This document shows positions 45,750 to 57,100 of a stretch of 59,802 nt of DNA, piece by piece; the stretch's first letter is position 1, and each line of letters opens with the position of its first letter. The stretch lies in the IMG/VR virus record IMGVR_UViG_3300034167_000343, positions 1 to 59,802 of that record. One strand, 5' to 3'. The translations under genes were made by a program, and so were the position numbers. The notes under the pieces were generated by a model. It saw only the letters and a program-made list of their open reading frames with translations, ran no database searches and was not told where the DNA came from. The stretch is from a virus. Its lineage: Duplodnaviria > Caudoviricetes.

Positions 45750-46463
45750 ATGGCTGTAGGGTTTAGAGCGGTTAATGCGGACAATATTGTTCAAATTGAT
45801 GAAACATACAAAAATTTGACCATCATTGCTGAAGGCACAGGCACGACCGGCACCACCATAACTTTCCCGGCGCAAACATTTATACCGCTGGTGGCTATAG
45901 GTGTGACTGGGGTTGGCAGTAGGTGGTCTTTGTCTTCAGTAACGACATCAAATTTTAGTTTGTTTGACCGTTCAGGTTCATTTTCACCTACTTCTTTTAC
46001 GTTCCCGTACAAAGTATTCGGCCTCAATCCAAACGCGCTAACCGGAAATCCTTACGGTCTGGAAATTCGGGACGCCAGCAACGCCCTGATATTTAATAGT
46101 AACTACAAATACTTCAAGACACGTTACGTACAAGACGTGCAGTTTTCTAATTTTACCAATGCCAGCACCAGTTTCCCGATTGTTCCCATGTACAGTCAAA
46201 CTATTAGCGGATTAACGGGATCGCCGTATGTTATCGCCAATGGTTTGGGTGGTATCCCTGTTTATAAATACTGGGGCACTACGGCCAACTGGGGCAACAA
46301 TTACGAGCCTAACGGGCCCTATGGAAGTTATTCCTCTTCATTTATGTCAGTTGGTCTAGAGTCGGCCTCCATGATAAGGTTTTATCCATACTTCCAGTTT
46401 TGGGGCGGCGTGCAAAATAAGAGCAGGTTTCAACCATCTTTTAAGCTCATATTGGGGTACTAA
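45750..46463 (+). CDS. Tail-tip associated protein (low GC)
   Basis: G....N......QID..Y.NL and YGLEIRD.....IFNS motifs. Confidence 0.75.
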   Translation: MAVGFRAVNADNIVQIDETYKNLTIIAEGTGTTGTTITFPAQTFIPLVAIGVTGVGSRWSLSSVTTSNFSLFDRSGSFSPTSFTFPYKVFGLNPNALTGNPYGLEIRDASNALIFNSNYKYFKTRYVQDVQFSNFTNASTSFPIVPMYSQTISGLTGSPYVIANGLGGIPVYKYWGTTANWGNNYEPNGPYGSYSSSFMSVGLESASMIRFYPYFQFWGGVQNKSRFQPSFKLILGY

Positions 46464-47071
46464 TGAAAAGAGCCGCCGTAAACCAAGCAGGTAGACCGCT
46501 TTATGTGGCATGGCTTGCCGTTCTTGAGGATGTGCCCCTCAATACCACCGACAATGTTTTTATTGAGCCGCCCGCAGACTGGGACGACGTCAAGACTTTG
46601 GCAAGCTGGTACGTCGATGGCGGGTGGCTGGAGCGCCCGGATACCGTGCCCTCCTCGTGGATCTACGACGCCGAAGCCCAGCAGTGGGTAGACCCGCTGA
46701 CTGTTCAGGACTACCGAAACATACGCTGGACCGCCGTCAAGCAGGCCCGCGACACCGCCATCAACGCGCCCCTGCCCACCCCCTACGGCAGCTTCGACGC
46801 GGACCCGCGCAGCCAGAAGAACATCACCGACGCCATCGCGCTGCTGCAAGCACTGGAAGCCTCGGGCACGCCGCAGACCATCGACTTCACGTTGTCGGAC
46901 AACTCGGTGGCGGTGCTGACAACGGTGCAGATGGTGCAGGTTGGGCTGCTGCTCGGCGCCCGGACACAGGAGGCCTATGCCACCGCCCGGCAACTCCGCA
47001 CTGACATCGAGGCTGCCGGTACGCAGGAAGAGGTTGAGGCGGTGGTATGGCCGGTGGACACCCCCTCCTAG
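46463..47071 (+). CDS. DUF4376-like tail fibre assembly protein
   Basis: K..RD, FDAD..SQ..I and FTL.DN motifs. Confidence 0.85.
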   Translation: MKRAAVNQAGRPLYVAWLAVLEDVPLNTTDNVFIEPPADWDDVKTLASWYVDGGWLERPDTVPSSWIYDAEAQQWVDPLTVQDYRNIRWTAVKQARDTAINAPLPTPYGSFDADPRSQKNITDAIALLQALEASGTPQTIDFTLSDNSVAVLTTVQMVQVGLLLGARTQEAYATARQLRTDIEAAGTQEEVEAVVWPVDTPS

Positions 47072-47092
47072 AATCAGACAACTCATCGAGAG

Positions 47093-47692
47093 ATGTCAAT
47101 GCCGGGGTTCTTAAAGGTCATCGAGGGCGTGAACATGGAGCCTCTCCAGCGGGCCTTGGAGACGCATCGGCACCTGTTTGGCCGTATTCCGCTTCGAGCT
47201 GCTCCGCCGGGTTCCCCGCACCGGGACATGACGGACATCTGGGTCCGCTACAACGACATCAAGAACTACGACCCGAACCCTGACAGTTTCTGCACCAGCG
47301 AGTCAGATTTCAACGCAGAACATGATTCGACCTGGTATCCGTCTTATTACGCGCTGCCCGAGCTGAAGCCGATCCTGTTCGGCATGATGGGCGCCCTGGA
47401 TGGTGAGCGCCTGGGCGGGATCCTCATCACGAAGCTGCCGCCCGGCAAGGAGATCCTCCCGCACGTCGACGGCGGCTGGCACGCGGCCTATTACGAGAAG
47501 TTCTACGTTGCGGTAAAGACGCCGCCCGAGAGCTTCTTCGGCTTTGACGACGGCGAGATCCACGCCAATGACGGCGACATCTACTGGTTTGACAACAGCG
47601 TACCGCACTGGGTCAAGAACCAGACCGAGGAGGATCGGATCTCCATGATCGTCTGCATCAAGACGGACAAGTTCAAGGGGTGCCGAGGATGA
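47093..47692 (+). CDS. 2OG-Fe(II) oxygenase, aspartyl/asparaginyl beta-hydroxylase-like
   Basis: I.PHVD (HxD), WFDN...HWV.N and R motifs of the DSBH fold. Confidence 0.88.
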   Translation: MSMPGFLKVIEGVNMEPLQRALETHRHLFGRIPLRAAPPGSPHRDMTDIWVRYNDIKNYDPNPDSFCTSESDFNAEHDSTWYPSYYALPELKPILFGMMGALDGERLGGILITKLPPGKEILPHVDGGWHAAYYEKFYVAVKTPPESFFGFDDGEIHANDGDIYWFDNSVPHWVKNQTEEDRISMIVCIKTDKFKGCRG

Positions 47693-48036
47693 CTATCGCG
47701 GAAACCTTTGCAGAGAACCTTGGCCGGTTCGACGTTGACCTTGGTATCCAGCACCACTTTTCCTCCGGGGTGTACGCGAAAGAGATTCACATTCCGGCGG
47801 GATGCGTAATTGGCAGTCACTCTCACAGGTTCGATCACCTGAGCCTGCTCGCATCCGGTGAAGTTGTTGTCAGAACCGAAAGCAAAAGCAGCCGCTACAC
47901 GGCGCCATCCTGCGTGGCCATCGAGGCCGGCGCCCATCACGAAATCACAGCCATAACCGACACCGTCTGGTACTGTATTCACGCCACCAGCGTGACAGAC
48001 CCTGCGCTTGTCGATGAAGAATTGATTGGAGTTTGA
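47689..48036 (+). CDS. Cupin domain protein
   Basis: HHFS.GVYAKE, H.H..DH, G..H and WYCIH motifs. Confidence 0.85.
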   Translation: MTIAETFAENLGRFDVDLGIQHHFSSGVYAKEIHIPAGCVIGSHSHRFDHLSLLASGEVVVRTESKSSRYTAPSCVAIEAGAHHEITAITDTVWYCIHATSVTDPALVDEELIGV

Positions 48037-48037
48037 T

Positions 48038-49312
48038 ATGCCGGTTGGTTTTGCAATCGCAGGATCCGCAGTCCTTGGCTACTCAGCCTCACGTAAGGCA
48101 ACCAAGGCCGCATCAGAGGCGGCTCGTGAGAGCAATGATGCCGCCCTGCGCTCAGCGCAGCTTCAGTACGACCTTGGCAAGGAGTCCCTGGACTTCAGCA
48201 AGAAGTACTACGAAGACACGGTCAAGCCGGCGGCGGACTTTGACCTCAGCACCAAGAAGGAGCTGACCCCTCTCCTTGTTCAGGACTACAAGGATCAGTC
48301 TGCGTTTGCGAAGGACCAGCGCGAGTACTACACCGACACCTTCCAGCCGCTTGAGCGGCAGATGGTCGCTGACGCCAATGAGTACGACTCTGACGCAAAC
48401 GTCAGTCGGCGCATGGGCATTGCCGCCGCGAACGTCAACCAGCAGTACTCAAACGCGGCCGGTCAGCAGGCGCGACAACTGACCCGCTACGGCGTCAACC
48501 CGAACTCCTCCGCCTTCGCCAGGGCAAACGCCAACCTGACCAACCAGCAGGCCCTGGCGGCCGCAGGCATGCAGACGGGCGCGGCCTTCGACACGCAGGA
48601 CAAGGCCCTTGCGCTCCGTGCTGGCGCAGCCAACTTCGGCCGCAACATGCCGAACACGTCAGCCCAGTTCGGCCAGATCGGCAACCAGACCTCGGGCAAC
48701 GCATCCGGCATGACGGGGGCCGGCGTCAACACGGCGGTCAATGCCGGCGGCTTCATGAACCAGGGCTACGACATGGCGGGGAACTTGAACGCCTCCGCTG
48801 GCAGCATCGCAAACAACAGCTTCCGAAACAACGTCGCCCTCGGCCAGATGCAGAGCCAGGGCGTCGGCCAGCTCTTCTCCGGCATCGGCCAAGGGATCGG
48901 CATGTGGGGGCAGGCCGGCTTCAAGATGCCGAGCTTCTTCGGGGGTGGCGGCGGGGGCATGGACGGCATGCTGTACGACGGCGCCAGCCAAGTCGCTGGA
49001 CCTGTCTTTGCGGCGGACGGTGGTCGTGTCGGGGACCTTGCCGATCGTCAGTACATGCCGCGCCCGACAGGCGCCCTGACGCTCCCCCCGGCACAGAGGT
49101 TTGCAAACGGCGGTCAGCCGGTGCCTGATGAAGGAGGGGTTGTCCGAGGCCCTGGCGGCCCCAGAGACGACTCAGTGCCTGCAATGCTGTCCCGCAACGA
49201 GTTCGTTCTCAACGAGGGAGCGGTCAAGCACTTCGGGCTGGACAAGCTCAACAAGATGAATGCGGTGGGGCTTGATAACCAAGCCCGTCGCGGACTGATA
49301 AGGGGCGCATGA
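48038..49312 (+). CDS. Internal virion / DNA ejection (pilot) protein
   Basis: Gly/Ala/Asn/Gln-rich with hydrophobic N-terminus, G.NP.S motif and C-terminal GPG..RDDSVPAMLS.NEFV domain. Confidence 0.75.
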   Translation: MPVGFAIAGSAVLGYSASRKATKAASEAARESNDAALRSAQLQYDLGKESLDFSKKYYEDTVKPAADFDLSTKKELTPLLVQDYKDQSAFAKDQREYYTDTFQPLERQMVADANEYDSDANVSRRMGIAAANVNQQYSNAAGQQARQLTRYGVNPNSSAFARANANLTNQQALAAAGMQTGAAFDTQDKALALRAGAANFGRNMPNTSAQFGQIGNQTSGNASGMTGAGVNTAVNAGGFMNQGYDMAGNLNASAGSIANNSFRNNVALGQMQSQGVGQLFSGIGQGIGMWGQAGFKMPSFFGGGGGGMDGMLYDGASQVAGPVFAADGGRVGDLADRQYMPRPTGALTLPPAQRFANGGQPVPDEGGVVRGPGGPRDDSVPAMLSRNEFVLNEGAVKHFGLDKLNKMNAVGLDNQARRGLIRGA

Positions 49313-51057
49313 TGTTTGGTCTGATGGGTGCTGGTGCTGCCGTTGGTGGTCTTGTCGACGGCTATCAAAAGGGGCGCAAGTTCGCTCAGGACGAAGAGCG
49401 CTTCGAGCTGGAGAAGGAAGAGGCCGCAGGCCGCAAGCGATTGCGCGCTGAGCAGATCAAGGGCGCCGGCCTTGGGAACAAGAAGACAGAGAGCGAGATC
49501 GCTGACGCCGAGGAGGATCGTGAAATCGGGCGTCAGACCGCCTCGATATGGCAGAACGCTGAGGCTGAGATCCTTTCTCAGCGTACGCGACCCGCAGGCA
49601 TCGCCGCTCCTGATGGCACCATGCCGACGACCCCGGTTCAGGTCTCCCCTGCTGCTCCAATTCGCCAGGGCGGAATCGGCATCCCCGGCAAGGCTGGTAG
49701 CCAGAGCGGCGTCACCCTTGAGCCCGGTGACGCGCCCCAGGCAGAAGCAGCTCCAGCGCCCAGGTCCATCTTCCAGATTCGGCAGGACGCCTACAACAAG
49801 GCCCTTGAGCTTCAAGCCGGCCGCAAGGGGGCCAATGTTCCGGAGCTTATGAAGCAGGCGCTCAGCGGAGCAAAGCTATTCAATGATGCCGAGACAAGGG
49901 AGCGCGTCAGTCTTCTCCAGGCGTTCCGCGATGGGTCTATGACAGAGGCTCAGGTTTTCGACGAGATGAGGAGCAGGGGCATGCAAACGATGCCCGGAGC
50001 CTCTCTCAAGGTCGTCCAGAAGCCTTTTTTCGAAGGCTCGAAGATCCTCTACCCGGATGTCGAGATCTCGTTCCAGGATGGGCGCAAGCCGGTCAGCCTA
50101 GACCAGATGGCGGAAAAGCTTTATGACTCCGACAAGCTGATGGACTACAAAACCAAGATGGGCAGCCTGATGCTCACGTCGTCTCACCATGGGGCAATGG
50201 AACAACTCGCCAGGGAAGAGGCTGCCAACAGAAGGACCCAGTCCGCCCAGAATCATTCAGAGACGATGGCGCGCATCAATCAGCAGTTCGTGCAGAACGC
50301 TGAGATGTACAAGCTGAACTACTCGAAGTTCCAGTGGGATAAGTTCACGCAGGATCAGGCCAGGGTTCAGGGTCAACTTGAGCGAGCGTTCGGCTACGTG
50401 CCTTTGACGGAGGATGTCCGCCTCAAGCTGGAGAGGGATGGGGATGCTGGCGACCCGAAGACTGGCAGGAAATCGAGCCTGGAGCTGGCAGAAGCCCGAC
50501 TTAGTTCCGCCTCTAAATCCGTTTCTGGCGCAATGATGATTTACGGCATGAACATCGACCCGGAAACCCTGAAGCCCAATGCCACGCCGGCTGAAATTCA
50601 GCAAGCAATCGGCACTCTTATCAAATCGGAGAGGGATAATAATCCTGACCTGATCAAGCGCGATGAGCAGCAGCGCGCGTATGTCGTGGTTGGCAGCAAC
50701 AAGGTCCTGGTTCCAGCCCCGCCAGCGCCAGCGCCGGCTGACGCCCCGGCACCCCCTCCCGGTGCAGTTGCCGACCCCGCTGCCTCGACAAAGCCTGGAA
50801 TTGCAGCCCCAACAAAGAATCCGTATGTCGACACCACGGGCAGGCCAACTGGTGTTCGAGTTCCCGGCGACGGCGGCAGTGTTATGACGGATACCGTGGC
50901 GCCGGTAGTTGGAAGAGCTACGGCGGCGGCAACCGCTGCGGCGTCTCAATACATGAGCGACGCGCCAAAGCAATATCTCCAGGGGAAGATCTCTCGGGGT
51001 GAGAAGCTGAGCGACGTCGAGACGGCCCGTGCAAAGCGGCTCGGACTGATAAAGTAA
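49309..51057 (+). CDS. Internal virion / ejection protein
   Basis: Gly-rich N-terminus, coiled coils; position. Confidence 0.7.
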   Translation: MMFGLMGAGAAVGGLVDGYQKGRKFAQDEERFELEKEEAAGRKRLRAEQIKGAGLGNKKTESEIADAEEDREIGRQTASIWQNAEAEILSQRTRPAGIAAPDGTMPTTPVQVSPAAPIRQGGIGIPGKAGSQSGVTLEPGDAPQAEAAPAPRSIFQIRQDAYNKALELQAGRKGANVPELMKQALSGAKLFNDAETRERVSLLQAFRDGSMTEAQVFDEMRSRGMQTMPGASLKVVQKPFFEGSKILYPDVEISFQDGRKPVSLDQMAEKLYDSDKLMDYKTKMGSLMLTSSHHGAMEQLAREEAANRRTQSAQNHSETMARINQQFVQNAEMYKLNYSKFQWDKFTQDQARVQGQLERAFGYVPLTEDVRLKLERDGDAGDPKTGRKSSLELAEARLSSASKSVSGAMMIYGMNIDPETLKPNATPAEIQQAIGTLIKSERDNNPDLIKRDEQQRAYVVVGSNKVLVPAPPAPAPADAPAPPPGAVADPAASTKPGIAAPTKNPYVDTTGRPTGVRVPGDGGSVMTDTVAPVVGRATAAATAAASQYMSDAPKQYLQGKISRGEKLSDVETARAKRLGLIK

Positions 51058-51108
51058 TCCGCCTCCCGCTGATACTCATGCCAGGGCTCAACCCGGGCAA
51101 GAGGCAGC

Positions 51109-54100
51109 ATGTCCTTCGTAGAAGACTTCTTTGGCACGCCGAGCCAGCCGCAAGGCATCACGGCACCCTACAAAACCTTTGATGAGGCGCGCAAGGATGT
51201 TGCCGCAGCGGCCCCAAAAGCCGGCTCATCTTGGGTTAGTGAGATGTTTGGCGAGGCGCCTGCGGCGACTCCGAATATCCCTCCGACTCCTGCGGCCCCC
51301 GATCAGGGAAACTTCGGGCGTGGCTTTGACGTCTCCGGCAAGCAGTTAAAGCAGACGGCCTACGGCACCGCCGCCCTCATCGGCGACACCTTCGGCTCCG
51401 ACGACCTCAAGAAGTGGGGCTTGCAGGGATACAGGGACGCCGAGAAAGAGATCCAGGCCATCAGCAAGGAGTCTGACTCCTTCACCAGCGCCGTCCAGGC
51501 TGGTGATATCGGAAGTTGGCTGACCTACTCCGCTGGCTACCTCACCGGCCAGTTCGCTGATTTGGCTGTGGCGTCTGCTGCCGGGGCTCTTGTTGGTGGT
51601 GCCGCGTCTGGCCCTGCCGCCCCTGCTGGCGCTGCGGCTGGCGCCCTTACCGGGGCCATCAACAGATCTGCCGTGCAGACGGGTCTGCGGGGTGCTGTAG
51701 GCAAGATGATCGACAAGGAGGCTGCGGCCCTGACCGCCACCTACATCGAGCGCGGCATGGTCAAGGCGGTTGCTGAGAAGGCCGCCGCTGAGGCCGCCGT
51801 CAAGTCGGTCTACCGCACCATTGGCGCCACCACTGCCAACACCTTCCTGAACGCCACAGGCGAGCTGGGCTCCATCTACGGCGAAGCGGTTGAGCAGGCG
51901 GCCAAGACCGGCGAGGAGTACAGCCTGGGCAAGATCTGGCTGTCCGGTATCGCGGCCACGGCCGTTGACACCTGGGCAGACTCCAGGGCGGTCAAGGGCT
52001 TGACCGACGCCTTCAAGGGCAAGAACCGCGTCAGCAGCATCGCCATGGAAGCCCTCAAGGGCGGCATGCGCGAAGGACTGACCGAAGGCGCCCAGACCGT
52101 CATCGAGCGCTTTGGTGCCGACAAGGACCTTGCGAGCAAGGAAGCCTTCAAGGAGTACATCGACTCAGCCGCCATTGGCGTGCTGGGCGGCACGGCTGTG
52201 GGCGGCGCATCTGGTGCGGTATCAAAGATCCAGGCCAACACGGCGACCACTGAGACGGACCAAACCCAACCCAACTTCACCAAGCTGCCCGACTCTCAGT
52301 CTGGTCGCACCCGACCCCTGGATGATGCCGACACGCCGGGGATGTCTCGCGATGAGGTGCGGGACACCTTGAGCAACCCTGGCTTTGTGGCGGCCTTGTA
52401 CCAACAGTCCAGTGACATTGACAAGAAGATCCTGAGCAGCGCGGTCGAGCGAGCCGGCTTGCAGGATGTTTTTCAGAATGCCCTGAAGGACCCGGATCAG
52501 ATCGCCTACGGGGCGAAGATGATCCAGAACAACCAGGACTTTGCAGCCACCTTCATGAAGGGTGCGGAGGAGTTCGCCACTACGCAGTCGCCGGCCGGCG
52601 TGTTCAAGGTGGACCGCAGGGGGGCGACTCAGTCTTCTGAAGACAACTCGATTGACGAGCAATTCGCCCAGGAGGGGTACACGCTCAAGGAGCGCTCCAC
52701 CAGCACCCCGACGAATCGCACCGCAGAGCCCGCTGCCGACCTTACACCGCAGGCCACAGAGACGCGGGTCCTCAACGATCGGGAGGATCCGTCTCCTGCC
52801 ATTGAAAACCGCGATGGGCTGATCACCAAGTTCGGCGACATCGGCAATCAGATCTTTGAGGGCGACATGAGCGCCGCGAAAGAGGCCCGGTACGACTGGG
52901 CCACGAAGCAGCTCGTCGGCTCCGGCTTCAGCACTCAGGATGCGCGCTCGATCCTGATCGGCGAGATGACCGCACCGAACCTCAATGAGCAGGGTGCGCT
53001 TGAAGAAGCCGTCGAGGCGACTGCCCCGGGTGTCCAGGAAGTTGAAGCTCTGGATGACGAAGCGGGCCTGCCGAAGGACATCCGTGGCGTCAAGATGACG
53101 GAGAAGAGCCGTCCTATCTTGGATGCCTACTTCTCCGATGAGATCGCATCGCTCCAGGGCCAGAAGGATGGCAAGGGCAAGGCTAACCGCCTTGCTCAAC
53201 TGGAGCGTCAGGCTCTGCGCGTCGGGTTTCCTCAGGCTGATGTTGATCAGATGTTCGGTCGATCTACTCAGGTCACTGAGGCCCAAACCGTCGATGAGCC
53301 ATCCGACAAGGCGGAGGTGACAGAGTCGGGCGCAGCCCAACCTCAAACTGAGGCGCAGCAGGCCACGGGGCAGCTTAAGGACGCCCTGGCAAATCTTGGC
53401 GACGTCCTGGGTGACGCCTTCGGGGCCAAGCTGAACGCCACCGGCCAGCGGTACACGATGGCTGACCTACCTGACGCGCTCAGCAAGGTCATGTCGGCCC
53501 TGCTGAAGTCCGGCTACGTGCAGTTCAAGGACGCCGCATCAGAGCTGATGAGCCGGATGCGCGCCAACAAGGACTGGGCGCCTCTGGTCGGCAAAGTGGA
53601 TCAGGGCATGCTGCTGAAAGCCTGGAATCAGGCGGGCGGCAAGAACGTCGCGGCCCGCGCCGATGAGCAGGAAGGATTTGTCGGCCCACAGGAGCGTGAG
53701 GAATCAGTCAATCTGGGTGATCTGCGTAGAACCGCCACCGCAGAAGACGATGATGGAGTGACCCTCCAGAAAATCCAGAAGACCAAGGGCGAAAAGAAGC
53801 AGGCAAAGGCCCCCGCGCCCAAGGTCGCTGACAGGCCCACCCAGTTGCCTCTCGGCGTATCGATGCCGAAGCCGAAGGTCGTTGAGCCGGAGCCCATTCG
53901 TAGGCTGAAGTCGGCCATCGAGGGCCGCATCAAGCAGACCACCAACGCTTCTTTCTACGAGGACTCGATCCGCAGGCTCCAGGCTCAAATCACCGAGGTC
54001 GACGAGAAGCTGCGGTCCTTGGGCACGGTCGAGACCAAAGATGGTGAGCGGTTCAAGGCCCGGCAGGAGGGTGATGAGAACCCTGGGATGTGGGGTAATC

Positions 54101-57100
54101 AGGACGAGAACGCCTACGACAGGTTCGACGGCGGGATGGTCTTCGACAAGGCGTCCCCGAAGAACGAGCTGCTGGACCGCCGACGCAAGCTGACCGACGA
54201 CCTGGAGAAAGCGCGCGATGGGTCTCAGCGTGGGCAGGCGCGTCTGTACCGCCTGGGCATGGACCGCCTGTCCGACTACATCATCCGCAAGAGCGAGGCT
54301 GTCATCAAGGGCGGCGCAGACCCCGAGATGGTTCGCGCCGCTGTCGGGCCGTACATCGACGGTATCGGGGCGCTTCGGCAGTCTCAGGTTCGGGACCAGG
54401 ACCAAGAGCAGTCGGTCGACCGGGATCTTGAGGAGGTCAACCGCAACTTGTCCCAGGCCGACTTCCTGGAGGGCGAGAAGGTGGCCATGGGCCTGCTGTC
54501 CGACTTCCGCTCCCGGCGCATTACTCAGCAGGAGCTTGAGAGTCTTGAGCAGCGCGGCCTGCGCGAGGGTGACTTCACCCTGAACGATTTGTTCAATGCC
54601 TACCGCGCCATGGGCGTGAGCCCGCAGCAGCGCCTGTATGCGGCCCTGAAGCACTTCTCTACCCGCATCAGGCTCAAGGACTACGTGGCTCAACAAGGCG
54701 GCGCCGCAAGTGCCGTCGATGCGTACTTCCTGGATATGCAGCAGGCCCGAGAACTCATGGGCAAGAAGGATTTCGAGAACCGGTATGCCCAGCGAGATCG
54801 AGACCTCCTGGACCTTTGGAATCGGGATCGCAAGGATGTCCTGGCGCGTCGCCACATCACCAAGACCATGCGCGACTCCGACGATCCGCGCAAGGCTTTC
54901 GACGGCTTCCTGTTCACCCGCATCACCTTGACCGAAGCCAGGAATCCGGACCTCATCCAGAGCCCCACCCTTCGGCAGACGTACAAGGGCCTGTTCGACA
55001 ACCTCGAAGAGGCGTGGTTCTCTGATGTTGCGGCTGCGCTGCGTCTCCGCCCTGATCTGGCCGGCGCGATGTTCGAGCCACAGTACCGCGCTAGTGACCG
55101 CGCGGCAGTTGCCTCTGAGCCCATCGTCTCGACGCAGGACCGCAGGGACTTTCAGTCCTGGGTTGATCGCCTAAAGGCCAGCATCCAGAAGCAGGCGGAG
55201 GTACTGGCCCGAGCCCCGTACTTCACGGCCCTGCGCAACGACCCCATGCTGGACGCAGTGACGACGGCTGAGGGCTTCCCGATGGTGGCCAGCACTCCAA
55301 GGGTCGACGTCCGCCAGACGGGCTTGAGTGCGGAACTGGATTCTCAGGATGGTCGTAGCGTCCGTCGCGCTGAGTACGAGGTGCTGTACACCAAGGTTGT
55401 GGCCGGAGAGCTTGACGCGGTACGCGAGGTGCTGGAGTTCGATGCGCGGCAGAAGGCCATGCAGGACCAATCATTTGACAGTGAGACCGGCGAGATTGAT
55501 CTTGCCTCGGACGCACTCGACAGCATTCTGATGAACGCGCAGATGACCGAGTCCGATCGCAGCAACTACGGCAGGCGCATCGATGGCGACAGCAAGGTCG
55601 TCCGCACTGTCGAGGAGGCAGCAGATCGCGATGCGCAGATCGGTGGTCAAGTTGGCAGCAACCTCGATGACCTGACGTCTGATGAGCAGATTCAGGAGGG
55701 CGTGATCTCCGAGTTCGACGCCGAGACTCAGGAGCTTGCTGACGAGGACTCCGAGGTCGAGGAAGGTCAGGGCGCAGACCAGGGGACGGCGGCGGATCGA
55801 GAGACAGAAAAGAAGAAGGGTGGGCGCGTCCCCGTCAGCCTTGTGCCCGGCCAGGAGTACCGCTTCCGACGCGGCAAGGCGTGGGATGTTTTCTCCATGA
55901 CCGCCGTTCAGGACATCGTCAGCCGCCTGACCACCGGATGGAAGAACGCGCCCAACGTCATCGTTCTGCCCAACGCTCAACATCTCCCTGAGCCGCTGCG
56001 CTCGCGCGTGATCGAGAAGCTGGCTGGCAACGGCGCCAAGGGCCTGTACCACGAGGGCAATGTCTACCTGTTCTCGCAGCACTTGGATGGCGAAGCGGAC
56101 ATCGAGTTCACGCTGTTCCACGAAGCCTACGGCCACCTGGGCATGCGGGCGGTTCTGGGTGAGAAGTTCGACCAGTTCCTGGAGACGGCATACCGCACCC
56201 GCCCCGAGGTCCGTAATGCAGTAGACGATCTCATTGCCGATGGCATGCCGAAGCTGGAGGCCATCGACGAAGTCCTGTCCGACATGGCGGCTGAGAACCG
56301 CGAGACCTCCATCGCCAAGCAGTGGGCCGGCAAGATCATCTCCGGGCTTCGTGAGATCGGCCTTGCACGGGTGGCGGATTGGTTTGCCACGATGACCGAT
56401 GCCGAGGTTGCCTCTACCCTGGCGTCCGCCCGGAACGCAGTGCGTAACGGCACCATGCCCACGATGAACGGCGCGCCCAGTGAGGTGCGTTTCAAGGAGG
56501 TCAAGCCGCCCTACGAGGTGTTCGCCACCAAGGACGGCAAGACCACGGGCTACGCACGCTACAACCCGGTCACCGACTCATGGGCGGTGTTCTCGGCAGA
56601 TGCCGCCGACATCCGTGACGGCTACACCACCACGACCACGCAGGACTTCGATGCGGTCGTGCAGGCCATGAAGCTCCGGGGCAAGGTCGAGTACCGCCTG
56701 AGATCCGGCTTGTACGTGGACGACAAGATCGTCCCCGACCTCGTCACGATCCCGAAGTTCAACGACACCAAGAAGTATTCGATCTGGGACTCGCGGCGCT
56801 GGGCTCAGTTTCGCCGCATGACGCAGCTCAAGTTCCAGAACGAGTACCTGCCCGTCTTCGAGGTGGTCGAGTACCTGGAGTCCAAAGGACGGATCACGCC
56901 GCAGACCGATGTCAAGACGGCGCTGATGCTGTACGAGCGTCGCGCCGGGTACTTGGTGGAGCAGTTCCGCAAGCAGTACGCGGAGCCCATCCAGCAGCTC
57001 GTGGCTCAAGCCGGCAAGCTGGGCGTGACCAAGAAGGACATTGACCGCTACCTGACGGCACGGCACGCCTTTGAACGCAATGCCGTGATCGCGTCGATTA

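Noticed and set aside
38252-47071. Diversity-generating retroelement or invertible tail-fibre switch
   Set aside because: No reverse transcriptase, TR/VR pair, invertase or inverted fibre segments seen.
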